From: Sphaerodactylus townsendi
Lineage: Eukaryota
Direction of reading: 5' to 3'
Length of the DNA: 64,000 bases
Assembly (NCBI RefSeq): GCF_021028975.2
Contig: NC_059429.1
Location: forward strand, 74,214,001 to 74,278,000
Positions 24,631-37,010 of this stretch are shown here, in pieces (position 1 is the stretch's first letter; the number at the start of each line of letters is the position of its first letter). Below the pieces are notes generated by a model. That model saw only the letters and a list, made by a program, of their open reading frames with translations. It ran no database searches and was not told the DNA's origin. The translations under genes and the position numbers were made by a program.

Positions 24631-25916
24631 ATATAAGACAAAAAAATACATAACTGTAAATAATATAGTTACATTATAAAAGTGCCATTGACAGGACTTT
24701 TGCCTTTAAAAGAATCACAAGGGGGTCAACAAAGTTGTTACCTCCTGGTTGCTGTAGCCCCATGGCAGACAAGATGATACCATCACACCTAATTTAGCCC
24801 TAAATTGTTTGCTGTAAAAAACCACCAGGATGAAAAACATATACAGGCCCCACCTTGATAAATTAATGCAGTAAGGAGAGCTCACTGGATTCCTCAAAGC
24901 TTGCCAATGTCAACTGTTCCAGAGAAGACCGAGACAGCCTGAGTTACCCTCCCATGCCCAACTTATTCCTTATGTTTTTCCTCTTTGTCCTTTTTTGCTT
25001 TCTCACTATGGTACTTCTGCAGCTGTCTAGTCCAGAATAGCAGACTTTTATCAAAACAATCTCCTCCTCACAGCCACACTGTATGTTGCTGCCAATGGGA
25101 GAAGCTTACAAAAGGGGGAAAAACAGTCAGGGAACAGAAAAGACAATATTGAGTCTACTCCTTGGCAAGCTCATGAGTTGTTTCTCTTCACGGTTTGATT
25201 TCTTTTCGCAGTCTGGTGGGCTCTCCCCCTTCTCTCTAGGGTCACAAAAAGGCTGGATACCAACATCTTCTGAGCTTGATTTTTTAAAAATACATTAGTC
25301 TTAACTCTTTTATTATGAAGCACAAAGTTGGAGATGAGTGACAGGTAATCTAACTCTAGATCAAAGGGTTTAGATCTCTAACTACCTGTATTTCGGTCTT
25401 CCCCAAACACAGCAATATAGTCATTTGGGGAGGGGGGGGAATACAAGGCTACTCCTAGAGATCACAAAGCACTGAGTCCATGTCTGTATTTGTGTAATGT
25501 GTGGACATAGGTGTGATGTGTAGTCTTTCAATGTGTTTTGGATAACACCATGCAAAAATCATGAGGCTCCATGATTTTGGCGGTGCAGCTATAGCCCGAT
25601 TTGGGCAGTTTTTATTTCGTTTCAGCATAAAATCCCATGAATTAATGAGGATCCATTAAAAAGCATCTAGATACAGCTTTTACCCAGTTCCCAAATGAAA
25701 CACAGTGATTCGAAGGAGGCTGAAACACAGCAAAGTTTGAGATCTGATGCTTTTGATCTCTAATACAGTGAAGAAACCTGTTGAGTCTTGGAAAACAGAT
25801 CGACAATCTACGGAACTTATCATAAAAAAACCAGATTCCTATTCATGACAGGCAGGTGCTTAAGCCCCTCATATAGAAAAATCTGATTCATGCATACCAA
25901 CAAGAGTTTACCAGCT

Positions 25917-26071
25917 NNNNNNNNNNNNNNNNNNNNNNNNNNNNNNNNNNNNNNNNNNNNNNNNNNNNNNNNNNNNNNNNNNNNNNNNNNNNNNNNNNNN
26001 NNNNNNNNNNNNNNNNNNNNNNNNNNNNNNNNNNNNNNNNNNNNNNNNNNNNNNNNNNNNNNNNNNNNNNN
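25917..26071. other. Assembly gap (155 N)
   Basis: Run of n. Confidence 1.
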
Positions 26072-26824
26072 TGGATTTCAACACATTAAACTTGTGGCAG
26101 TAGGATGGAGTGGACTGGAAGAAATTCTTGTAGCTGGTCCTCCTAAATCCTACTCTTTCAAATGCTTCATCTCTTTTCTTTTCTATGCCATTAGGGTAGG
26201 TTGGAAAATCCACCCCAGAGGATTTAAAACTCTTGATAAAGCCGGCACTATTGATGAAGAAATATAAACATTTCTATCACGACAGCAGCACCAGCCTCAC
26301 AGGCTCTAAACCAGAATAGCCAAAAGAGATTGTTGAGTTCGATCTGTCAAACTCAAAATGCTGGCAAGTTAGGGTAGCCTTATAGACTGTATTTTATAGG
26401 CTTTCTCAGCAAACCTCCATAAAAATGTATTAGATTAGTAATTTGAGTCCCAAATGACCAATTTGAAACAATTGCTTTCTTATGATTTTTCTGAAAGTGC
26501 CTGTTTCATGAGAAATTGGTATGAGAAAAAAATCAAATATTTCTTTTTTCTTAGAAAGAAAAGTAGTTTAGCATTTATGGCAGGTGAGTATAGGGAATAC
26601 TTGCGCTTTATGTACATACACATATTCTTTGCCTTCTCAGTTGCAATAACACTGTAATATCACACTGTATAGTCACAATCCAAGTTGTGACTATACAATG
26701 TTTTAACTCTACGGGGGGAAAACAATTAAGTGTAGGAAGATCAGGATACTTAGCAGGTCAGTAAGTGGTTTAAGTACATGCCTTTTTTCTCCTCACTTCC
26801 TTGAGTTTTGTGGGATGTCTAGAG

Positions 26825-26972
26825 CAGGGGTAGGGAACCTGCGGCTCTCCAGATGTTCAGGAACTACAATTCCCATCAGCCTCTATCAGCATGGCCAATT
26901 GGCCATGCTGGTAGGGGCTGATGGGAATTGTAGTTCCTGAACATCTGGAGAGCCGCAGGTTCCCTACCCCTG
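26825..26972. mobile_element. Near-perfect 148-bp palindromic hAT MITE
   Basis: CAGGGGTAGGGAACC...GGTTCCCTACCCCTG; centre GGCCAATTGGCC; perfect TSD GTCTAGAG. Confidence 0.95.
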
Positions 26973-27101
26973 GTCTAGAGGAACAGGCCTCAGGCCATGA
27001 AGCAGATACAGAGTATGTCCCTCTATGCATCCCTGTTTGTTGAAGTTTATGCAAAGATAGCACAGGAGTTAGCACTCCAGGGTGAGCCTAAAGGCTGCAA
27101 T

Positions 27102-27396
27102 AAAGAAGAAGAAGAGTTAGGATTTATATCCCCCCTTTCTCTCCTGTAGGAGACTCAAAGGGACTTACAATCTCCTTTCCCTTCCCCCCTCACAACAAAC
27201 ACCCTGTGAGGTAGGTGGGGCTGAGAGAGCTCCGAGAAGCTGTGACTAGCCCAAGGTCACCCAGCTGGCGTGTGTGGGAGTGCACAGGCCAATCTGAATT
27301 CCCTAGATAAGCCTCCAGAACTCAAGTGGCAGAGCTGGGAATCAAACCCGGTTCCTCCAGATCAGAGTGCACCTGCTCTTAGCCACTACGCCACTG
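27102..27396 (-). mobile_element. Squam3-like SINE
   Basis: Reverse complement of the 12593-type sequence with (GAA)n tail at left. Confidence 0.92.
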
Positions 27397-28023
27397 GAAC
27401 AAACAGGAGAAAGGGAGCTCTGAGCTATGCCAGGACAATCATTAGGGTAGACTAGATAGTCTCGTGAAATTATTTCAGGGAGGGAGATCATGCTGGGGAC
27501 TTTGCTTTTGACATGACAAAGAAATACTCAGCACTAGTTAAATAGATCAACTACACCAATTTTAGTTTCAGTTTGTGTGTCTAGCTTACAGCTTGGACAG
27601 TACTTTCACGGGGCACATGGCGGAGGACTATTAGGAAAGATTTTGAAATTACTCTGATCCTAGATTCTTTGCATCCAGGATCGTCACAAAAACCAAACCA
27701 AACCAAACTCTGTCACTCCAAAAGAAAATGAACTATAATATTTTGCAGTGATTATGAGAAGTTTCTGTAATCACAATTATTTGAGATGCTTAAACAGTCC
27801 TAACAACAGCCAGCAGATCTCTCATCTGAACTATTTTTAAATACTACTTTTTAACTACTAGGGCAACAGAATAGCAATGAAATTCTTCAGTATCATTTGG
27901 GTTTCATATAAACTGCATTTTCCGAATCTTAGTAAATTACATTTTTACATGAAATTTGAGACAAAAATTAATATTTTGGCCTGTAATAACTGCCTTTGCA
28001 AAACATGAAGAATCTATTATACA

Positions 28024-28150
28024 AAGGAGAAACAAGTCACAATGGATAGCCATGTTTGTCTGCAGCAGTAGAAAAGAGCTCAAGTCCAGTAGTTCCTTAA
28101 AGACAAAAGTGTACGAGCTTTTGAAAGTCACAACTCACTTCTTCAGAGAC
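28024..28150. mobile_element. Penelope-like terminal remnant (second family) with decayed hammerhead motif on minus strand
   Basis: GATAGCCATGTTTGTCTGCAGCAGTAGAAAAGAG...GAGCTTTTGAAAGTCACAACTCACTTCTTCAGA; related pieces at 41575, 44860 and 55940. Confidence 0.6.
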
Positions 28151-28179
28151 AATATGAGGCAGTGTGAGGTTCTTTTCAC

Positions 28180-28400
28180 AACTTCCATCAATTGCAATAA
28201 GATTTATATGTAAATATGTTAATGGTGCTATTAATAATTTAGCGGGGGCAAGCCATACTGTGTTTACATAATAAATATGATTAAGTGTTTCCCTCAAACG
28301 AAGTGCTGAACTGTCATGTTACCCTTGGTTATTATCTATGTGGCTTTAAAATGTTAATCAATCAAAAGGAAATGTTTCCAGAGTCTGGTTACATGTAAAT
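28180..28400. promoter_or_regulatory. Candidate CNE with FOX, MEIS and PBX-HOX motifs
   Basis: TGTTTAC at 28261, CTGTCA at 28311, TGATTGATTA (minus) at 28355-28364, many TAAT. Confidence 0.5.
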
Positions 28401-30359
28401 ACAAATTTCCTTATAACAGTCAGACATATAGAACATTGACAGAAAAAAATGCTCCTCCACAGCTGAGCCTAAGTAAACCAGGGCAGGAATTTTCTACACT
28501 TCCTGATGAAGTAAACCATTCCTTACAGTAGATTTTTAAAGTTAATTAAGTACTACAATAATTAAATTACAGTATATGTCCACTCTTTAATGTAGCTAAA
28601 AGACTGTCATCCTTCAGGTGGTATATAGAATTCTTCTGAAATTAAATGTGATCTCCAGAATACAAGATATCAGTTCCCCTGAGGAAACAGCAGATTCTGA
28701 GGGTAGACTTTATGGAATCAAATTTCCTCCCCAAGCTCTGCCCTCAAATCACCAGGTATTTCTGAAGCCAGAGTTATTTAACTCACTTAATAACCAGGTT
28801 ACCATAGTTTTGTTTTAATTCGATCTCATTAAAAATTTGCACAGTTTTATGTATTTTGAGTTTTATATATTTTGTTTTTGTATTATTTATGCTAATAAAA
28901 ATCATTAATTGTTGTGAATTGGCAACCCTAACCCTATGTCCACCTCTCTATGCAAGTTGGATATACAGAAAAGTACAAATACAAGGTATCTAGAGAGGTA
29001 TATGTACAAATGAAGATATCCCCAAATGGCAGATCAAATAGATTACTGAGTCACCCTGTTGATATGGCAGGTTTTGGCACAATTCAACGAAGGATTGTCC
29101 TAGTATCTGAAAGCAGGATACAAGCAACTCTCCATGATAGAACTGTAAGAATCAGAGGAGTTCAAAAATACAGTAAGCTGCCTTAGAAAGGCTTCCACCA
29201 TCTTTCTCAGAACATCAGGAAAAGCCAAAATTCAGTTGTGTGTCTGGGACATTTATATGAAATAGGACAGGTAGCAGATAACAGCACCCATGATAACAAA
29301 TGCTCTCAACTGGTTTCAGTACTTGCCTCAAACCTTCTATACCTGAAACAAAAGTCAAAGTGACATACCTCTCCTTTTAATTATATGCAGAAATAAGAAG
29401 TGTGGAGAAAGAAAAAAAGGCACACCCTCTTACATTGACTGTCTGAAGAAACTGATTCATGGGAAGGCCAGCCCTGGCTACTTAGTCATCGTAACTGTCA
29501 GTTTTTTGTGTGTAAATATCTAGAGAGGTATATGGACATAGTGAAGGAAGGTGTTAACTTCCTCCATCATATACACAGACTGCCAAGATATCTGGAAAGG
29601 ACCAACCTGACTTCTAACGAAGTGTCTATATTAGTTACTAGAATATTCAATGAAGTGTAAGGGTAAGCCTGCACTGTGAAAAGGAGGTACTCGTGTGCAT
29701 AGGTACATCATGATACACTCAAGGTATTATGGGGGTGATAAAGTTAAAAAAAAAAGCTGATACACTCAAGGTTCCAAGGGTGGTGGTAAAGTGAAGGCAA
29801 GATGATGTACATTCCAGAGTTGATCTAGAGTTGCCAACTCTGGATTTGGAAATAACTTGACATATTATTTAAGATCCTTGTGGTATGGCAACAGCTGCTG
29901 TCAATGTTTTTTGTTTTTAAATCTGTCCAGCCGATCTCCAATAGCCAAGTGAAACCTGACTGGACAAAAGCCCCATCTGGCCTGTTTACTTTCTAAAAAC
30001 ACTTGGTGAGACCCAGAAAAAATATCAGTGATGTCACAGACCCATTTCACAATTTTAAGCTTTTTAAATTTTACACTTTCTTCATTTTTTTTTTGTTTGT
30101 GGTCTTCAGAAAGATTTAGTATTAGAAGTAGGCATGTTGCTAAATCTCCTCAGCTATACGGTATCGTCATGAAACCTAATCAAACTAAGGACCATGATTC
30201 CTATCCTCACTTTGTGTATGAAATGGAAAAAAATATTGCTAATCAGCAATTGGGGATCATTCCTCTTTTCAGTAAGTGGGATAAAACCATCACCACTTTT
30301 CACAGGACCCTCTGATAAATCATAGTAGACCATGAATAGGACAGCAAATAGTGGGGCTA

Positions 30360-30520
30360 TTTCACCTCAGCCCATGGAAACTTGCTGGGTGGCTTTGGGT
30401 CAGTTACACAGTGTTAACTTAATCTACCTCATAGGGTTGTTGTGAGGATAAAATGGAGAAAAGAAAGATGTATGATACTTTGATCCCCATTGGGTAGAAA
30501 GGCAGGATATAAGCAAAATA
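30360..30520 (+). mobile_element. Old SINE fragment (Squam3/MIR-like core)
   Basis: GCTGGGTGGCTTTGGGTCAGTTAC...CTACCTCATAGGGTTGTTGTGAGGATAAAATG. Confidence 0.65.
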
Positions 30521-30655
30521 AATACAACGAAACATGACAAAGAGGGCAATATGCATGCAGCACTTTCCTTGGGCTCTTTGCTCCTCCTCTGTTTACACAT
30601 GAGGAGGCAACCCACTGCCTGGTGCATGACTTCCCTGCCCCCACTTCCAGGTCAC

Positions 30656-31140
30656 CCCTTATTTATTTATTTATTTATTTATTTTATTTAATATACCACC
30701 CCATCCTCGAAGGGCTAAAAACATCATACTAGACTTCCAGAAATATAATAAAACAACGGTTGTGTCCTAAGATGGCCTCCCACCTAAAACCTAATCCTCC
30801 TAGGAGGGGGAGGGAGAGGTAGCGGGTCCTGATAGTATTAAGGACCCATATATCCCAGTAACGGGTCCCGATGATATAGGGGAGGGGGCACACTCAGCGG
30901 CTGGTTTCTCCAAAAGCCCACTGGAACAACTCAGTCTTGCAGGCCCTGCGGAAATCACCCAGATCCTGCAGGGCCCAGACAGCTGGAGGGAGAGTGTTCC
31001 ACCAGGCAGGGGCCAGAGCCGCAAAGGCCCTGGCCCAAGTGGAGACCAGCCGCATCATTGAGGGGCCAGGGGTCTCCAGTAAGTTGGCCTCTGCCGAGCG
31101 CAGAGGTCGAGCTGGGACATATGGGGTAATGCAGTCCTGA
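30656..31140 (-). mobile_element. L2 LINE 3' fragment
   Basis: Minus strand encodes the L2 C-terminus (RAFAALAPAWWNTLP...LGDFRRACKTELF); (TTTA)n tail; possible TSD AGGTCAC. Confidence 0.85.
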
Positions 31141-33071
31141 AGGTCACAAGACTGCTGCCTTTGTTTTCAAAGCCCTTTCAATGTTCATATCGCTGCGTTT
31201 TATTGATATTTATTTGCTATATTGATATCGCAGTGTTACATTAATATCATAGTGACTGACTTCATGCTGGCCCAATGAGATCATTTTTGACACTCTCTCC
31301 AGTGGGGAAATTGGCTACCAGGCATGCTCTGCTAGTGCCAGAGTATAGTAGATCTGCTTGGTTTTGCTTGACTCTTCCCTCACCATTGCTGTCACTGCCT
31401 CCTCCCCCCCTGTCCCTTTGACTGTTCAATTTCTGTCCCTCCCTCACAGAGCAGGAGGCAAGAAGTGTGTGTGGGGAGGGGGGGGGGGGAGACTGAAAGG
31501 ACTGGAAACTCCGAAGCGAGGGAAAACATTAGGTTTCCTTGCTCTCACTAACCTTGTGGCTTCCAGGATCTGCAGTGCCATAACACAGAGTGTGTCTGCA
31601 AAGAAATCTCTGCCCCGAAGGAAATGTTCCCTCGCTGAAGGGCGAGAAGCAGTGTATAATCATCCAAACCAAATGAATTCAGAACCATTATTCCTTACTC
31701 TCCAGAGAGTGTCATACATTTATTTTTAACTCTAGAATGCTTCTTTCCTTTTCTTTCATTCCTCCATAGTTAACAAAAACAAAAATACCACTACATTCCA
31801 CTCTACTTACGGAATATAAATTGGCTGGACGTAATGTTGTTCAGTGTTAAAATAGAAGTAGAAGTATTAGTTTTATTCACTGAGCAGATCCAGCTGGCCA
31901 TTTGATGTCAATGTTCAACTCACCATGTGGTAACTGAAACTACTGCATATCTGTATTCTCATGAACTTAATCACAGCCCTCTGAAAGAATATTTCCTCAC
32001 TAAGACTGGAGACACCTGCGTTTACTTTGTGGTACTGAACCAGTCAATCTCTTTCTGTTTTGCCTCCCATAGTGGTAGTGAGGATAAAGAGTGGCTGAGA
32101 TTTACCTTGGCCGCCATTGCTGCCCAGGGATGGGGCAGGGAGAGGAGCAGGCTCAGCGCCAGCATCCACCCCAGCTGCTGGTGCAAGCAAGTTACGTGCC
32201 TGGAGGAGGTGGGGCCGCGGCCTTATATGGGCAGCCCGGGCCATCTCACGACTCTTCTTGCCCAAGCACCAACAGCTTCTCTTCTCTCTCCCTCACATCA
32301 TCTGACAGCTGTTTATCAGGTCACGTGGAGCAGCGGAAAACGGCTTTTTAGCTTAGTGCCTCTAGGCAATGGAAGAAGACCTGAATTGAGCAAGATAGCA
32401 GTAGCAGACTTACAGCAGCGAGCGACTGGGAATTGGTGGATTGCGCCTGGCAGATTGCAATGCAACCTTGAGTGGCACCCGAGAGAGGACAACAAGGGGC
32501 CTGCTACAGCAGGTTCAGCGGTAACAGGGATCCCCCCTTTTTCTTTTTGGAGCTCAGGCAGGAGATACCAGGGAAAAGGCAAAAGAAGCCCCAGCGGGGG
32601 GAAAAGACCACCAATGGCAGGAGGGAACAGCAAGGGTGGTAGGGCAACCCAGGCGAGTGCCCCTCCAGGCCACAGGCAGCACCAGGTGCCTTAAGAGCAG
32701 GGGCAAGCAGCGGCACCAAGATGGCTCCCACTATCTTGCTGTTCCAGGTGTTAGTGTTTTCCCCCATGCATCAGGCTGGGGGGAAAGTTATTACTAGAGG
32801 ACAGCAGATGTGCTTCCCAGTGGTCACTGGGGGACAGCAGACATGCTGCCCAGTGCCAGATTCGTCCCCTATGCTGCGCCTCTGCTTCCTTTTGCCAGCA
32901 CATCAATAAAACAACTGTGGCCAAATTTTACCCACTCAATGGGTTTTTCTGTGTCTCCTTCACCCTTGGACCACTTCCTCCCTTTCCTCGGGTGGCAAAA
33001 TAAGGAAGGGTGAATTGGAGTACACTCCCCTGAGCTCTTTCAAAGAAAGACAAGTAAAAATATCCTTAACA

Positions 33072-33313
33072 GGCCCTTTCCCCACTTACCGTTTGCGGCG
33101 CACTACTCTTAGCGCGCATGATTTCTGCCACGGGGTCATGTTCCCCACTGCCCCGCGGTCAGAAGGTGCCGTTTCTTCAGCGCCAGAAATGACGCGTGAG
33201 CGGCAGAGTCGGGGCAGCTGCGCTGTCGCCGCCCGGACTCGTGGGGAGCGCTGCTGGACCCCGCGCTATTTGGGGAGAGTAGCGCGCAGCAAACAGTAAG
33301 TGGGGAAAGGGCC
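33072..33313. mobile_element. PIF/Harbinger-type MITE, CpG-rich (young)
   Basis: ~37-bp imperfect TIRs GGCCCTTTCCCCACTTACCGTTTGC / GCAAACAGTAAGTGGGGAAAGGGCC; 3-bp TSD ACA. Confidence 0.85.
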
Positions 33314-33319
33314 ACACTT

Positions 33320-34000
33320 TATTAAGCAGCCTCTAAACAGGCAGATGGTAGGATGTCCTCGTTTAGAGTATGCAACTTCCTGACTTCCAGTTGGAGGATT
33401 TATGGTGTGTTGACTGTGGAGAAACTTCATGGCTAGAATACTGGCTGACAGGTTTAAATAACCAGCTAAGTAATCTCTCTGGATAAACGCTGGTCTGGAG
33501 ATAACTTCCAGTGTCTCCTCCTGAATAACTTGTGAAAACAGAAGGGTTAAAGAGTATGCAACTTCCAAGTAGACCTGAGGCCTATCACACCTCACTTTAG
33601 AAATCAGCACTAGGATAAGGTTAGAGTTTGAGGCCACAATCAGCAAGCCCTTTACTTGCATTCAAACTGGGGGCACAACTCTAGGTTACGTTGACTATTA
33701 ATTGCAATCTCTGTCTCTAGAATCCTAAAGCAAATAAGTGCAAGATGAAGTCCTCCACAAGATATAAGCATCCCTTTGTAAATGCCATTTCAACCAAAGA
33801 AATAGGAAAGGAGATGCCCAGCCTGCCACTGAATAGTAACTACAGCTGCTTTGGGGAGGGGAAATCACATGGCTGCTTCTACATAGCAACATTATTGAGA
33901 TCAATCCATTCACAAGTCTCCAGGGAGGCACTGAATGTCTCCTCCAACAGAAGCCAGGTTTTATTCCAGCTGAGGAAGGGTTAATATGAACTGAAGGCAG
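33320..34000 (-). pseudogene. Highly decayed DIRS tyrosine-recombinase remnant
   Basis: Minus-strand fragments in expected order: VPPWRL (cf. VPPWDL), PRVV.QF (cf. PKVVSxFH), VYLE (cf. ALxxYLxRT), QRLSR (cf. SxQRLSxWI); frameshifted. Confidence 0.5.
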
Positions 34001-34879
34001 GGCCACTGGCATCAAGGTGTCAAACTATAATTTTATATTAGACACCATAATAGTTACTAGAATTTTACTACAATAACTACATGTCCAAGCAGAGTTTAAT
34101 GAGAAAATCTATAGTTTTGCTATGGTATTTTCTCTTAGTTTGCATAATTCCCTGAATTCAACCTAGTAAAGCTTTTGACCTGAGATAATAAAAAGGTGAT
34201 AAAAACGAGCTGTAAAAACCAGCTCGTATATATATTTGAAACAGCCACTACAAAATTATGGATCGTTTCCACAAAAATAAAACAAAACAAAAAAACTGCC
34301 CGGGTGGGATTAACCTTGAGGGGGAAGGGGAGAGGAATAAAAAGAAGCTATTGCAAAAGCAATTCCAGATCTGCCTAAAGACAATACAGGGATGATTTGG
34401 CAGTGACAGTCAGACAGAATTTGGACCAGCTGAGGAGGCGCTGCACTACTGAATATGATCTGCAAGATGCATCTATCTCAAATGGTACCTTCTCACAAAG
34501 GGGACATGTGTGCATGGGTTCAAATCTGTGCCTTGATTTTACACAGTCTGAATACCAATGTACAAACAATGAACCCAATCTACACGAAAGCATGGGCTGG
34601 CTGTACTTATACACTGGTATGGGGGGGGGGGATTAGCACAACTTCTGCAAACCAACATCTTGCTTTTAAATTAGAGAATGTATTAAGATTGTAAATAAAT
34701 ACATAGAGTGACCCAGCAGATTATTCTACTTTTGACCTTTTCAAAAGCGTTTGACATTATCCATTGTCAAGGACTCCAAGGAAAGCTTATGAAAGGATAA
34801 GAGAGCAATTCCTAAACTATTCCATCTACATTTCAAACTTCATCCACTGCGCTTATGGTTATATAAGTCAAGATATCAC

Positions 34880-35023
34880 ATTTAAGTCACACAACAAGAT
34901 ATAGGCTAAGAGGCAGTGGTTGGCTCAAGGTCATATAGTGAGCTTCAGGTCTAAGCAAGAACTCGAACTCAGGTCTAACAGGTACAAATCCAACACTTCA
35001 CCCATTACATAACACTGGCTCTC
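34880..35023 (-). mobile_element. Old tRNA-derived SINE fragment
   Basis: GGCTCAAGGTCATATAGTGAGCTTC...CTCGAACTCAGGTCT...ACACTGGCTCTCT (reverse SINE head). Confidence 0.6.
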
Positions 35024-35211
35024 TAAATTAGTCAGTGAAAGGATGTGGGCTAATATCTTTACATCCAGTGTTTAATTCATAAAAATTAGATGCTTAATCA
35101 TGCTGGGATGCTCTGCTGCATGTGCTAGAAAGGAAGAAGAGCAGGTAGAAGTTGCTACAAGGCAAATTTAGGTTATGCACAGGGCAAAATGACTTTTAGG
35201 AACATTTAGGA

Positions 35212-35397
35212 GAGTGGTTCACAACCTTCCTAATGCCACGACCCTTTATTACAGTTCCTCATGTTGTGGTGACCCCCAACCCTAACATTTATCCATTTTA
35301 CAGATGGGGAACACTGATGCAGAGAGTCTTAGGCGACCCCTGTGAAAGGGTCGTTTGATCCCCAAAGGGGTCGCGACCCACAGGTTGAGAACCGCTG
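35212..35397 (+). mobile_element. SPIN/URR1-like hAT MITE inserted in an old CR1 3' fragment
   Basis: Same sequence as the 24206 copy; perfect TSD ATTTAGGA (35204-35211, 35398-35405); flanks resemble decayed CR1 ORF2 end. Confidence 0.9.
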
Positions 35398-36439
35398 ATT
35401 TAGGAAATGGAACAAGTCACCAGTGAAGGTATGGAACACCTATCATCAAGGCTTGCAAACAGGGACAACATAGGCAGCTATTCCAAATTGTCCCTACAGT
35501 TGCAGGTGGTAGGGCAAAGTAGCATACGAATTTGTTCCCAACTCTTTGAATCTACATAATTTGGGGGGGGGGGGAGGGAGACACACAGAAAGATCAAGAC
35601 AAACTGACACTTAAATCAATGCCATTTTTCTTCACTCAAAGATCTGCCTCAGGGACATCATGTTTAATATCTCAATTAAACAGCTCTTCTCCTTAACACA
35701 GCTTTTCAGATATCTTAAAACTGCTATCCCATAACCTCTTAAAAATCTTTTTTGCTCTAGGCCAAACACACATGGCACCAATATCAATCTTTCCACATCC
35801 TCTTGCAGTATCACAGGATTCATTCAGTTGCATTTCCCTCGATTATTTCTCATACTGAACGTGAAAAGGAAAACAACTTGAAGGTGAGCTGAACTGTTTT
35901 ATATGTTTTCACTGATAGCTGTAAGGTGCACCTAACATTATTTGAAGGGGCATATCTGTATGACTGGTGATCTCACTGCTCCCTGCCACCTGACCATACT
36001 CAGCTTCCCAGTAGGGGGCTCTTTCCTAACTCCTTTGTACTATGCTTATACAACTGTTAGATGTGAACATAACCCACTGACACCCCCCACATTGTGCCAG
36101 AATGGTATCTTAACTATACAGTAAGTGGAGCAGCCCAAATATAAAAACAGAGATATCACCTTTGCAGATGGGACAGCAATATCTGCAAACTAGTGGGACC
36201 TGCTTTGTTTGCAAGTAACATTTGGTGCGATGTTACTTTCTCCAAGTGGCTTTCAGATGGGTGCAACACCTTGGCATCCTTTTGTCTGTCACTACTGCCA
36301 GCCACTAAGCTGTCCTTCTTCCATCACCCCCATCAATCAGCAGCCACAGGGATGATCTGTTAATGTTTTTCCTATAGACAGACACATTATGTCTCCACAC
36401 TGCTTCTGCACACACCGTGTTTACACCCCTTCTCCCTCA

Positions 36440-37010
36440 AGGGAGTAAATCAACCAAATTGATACGAGCCGTGATTAATTGTGTATCTCGGACCAATCTT
36501 TCCCCGAGTCCCTCACACGGGTGGCTTCCTCCTCCTCCCCCAACAAACCAGGAGAGAGAGGAGGCCCTTCTTGGTTTGACGGATAGAGCCTGCCCAGGAC
36601 GCAGCGAGATAAATTTGAGAGGCCTATGCTGGGCTGTCAACGTTAAAGATGATGGATGGGGGAGGTGAGGCGGGAGGGACCCGTTGAGCTTGGCGTAATG
36701 GAGAAGGTTCCTGGGGGATGGATGCTTGCCTGGTGATTCGGCGTTAATCTCCGGGCGCTGCCGAGGTGCTGACGACTGATAACAAGGAAATAGGAATGAC
36801 AACAATTTTTAGCCAAGAGATTCTTCACAAAAATGCCAAGCTGCCGGAGGTCTGACAGGCCCTGATTGAACGGGCATGAGGAGGGGGCAGCCACCTTGGA
36901 GAACATGCAAAAGATGGATCATTTTATTCCCCCGCCTGACCATCTACATTTATTATCATTTTCCTAATTCCACTTCGCTTAGCAGCTTGTCACCACCGTT
37001 TCTCTTCCGC
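36440..37010. promoter_or_regulatory. Candidate CNE/enhancer with MEIS + PBX-HOX sites
   Basis: CpG-retaining, TE-free; CTGTCA 36634, TGATGGATGG 36650, TGACAG 36853, TGATTGA 36863, GTGATTAATTG at ~36471. Confidence 0.55.

Noticed and set aside
29318-29356. Possible 16-nt minus-strand microexon (TTTCAG acceptor, GC donor)
   Set aside because: Non-canonical donor, not frame-preserving, and expected by chance.
34397-34636. Protein-looking 79-aa ORF (VRQNLDQLRRRCTTEYDLQ)
   Set aside because: No recognisable homology or convincing splice sites; cannot support it as an exon.
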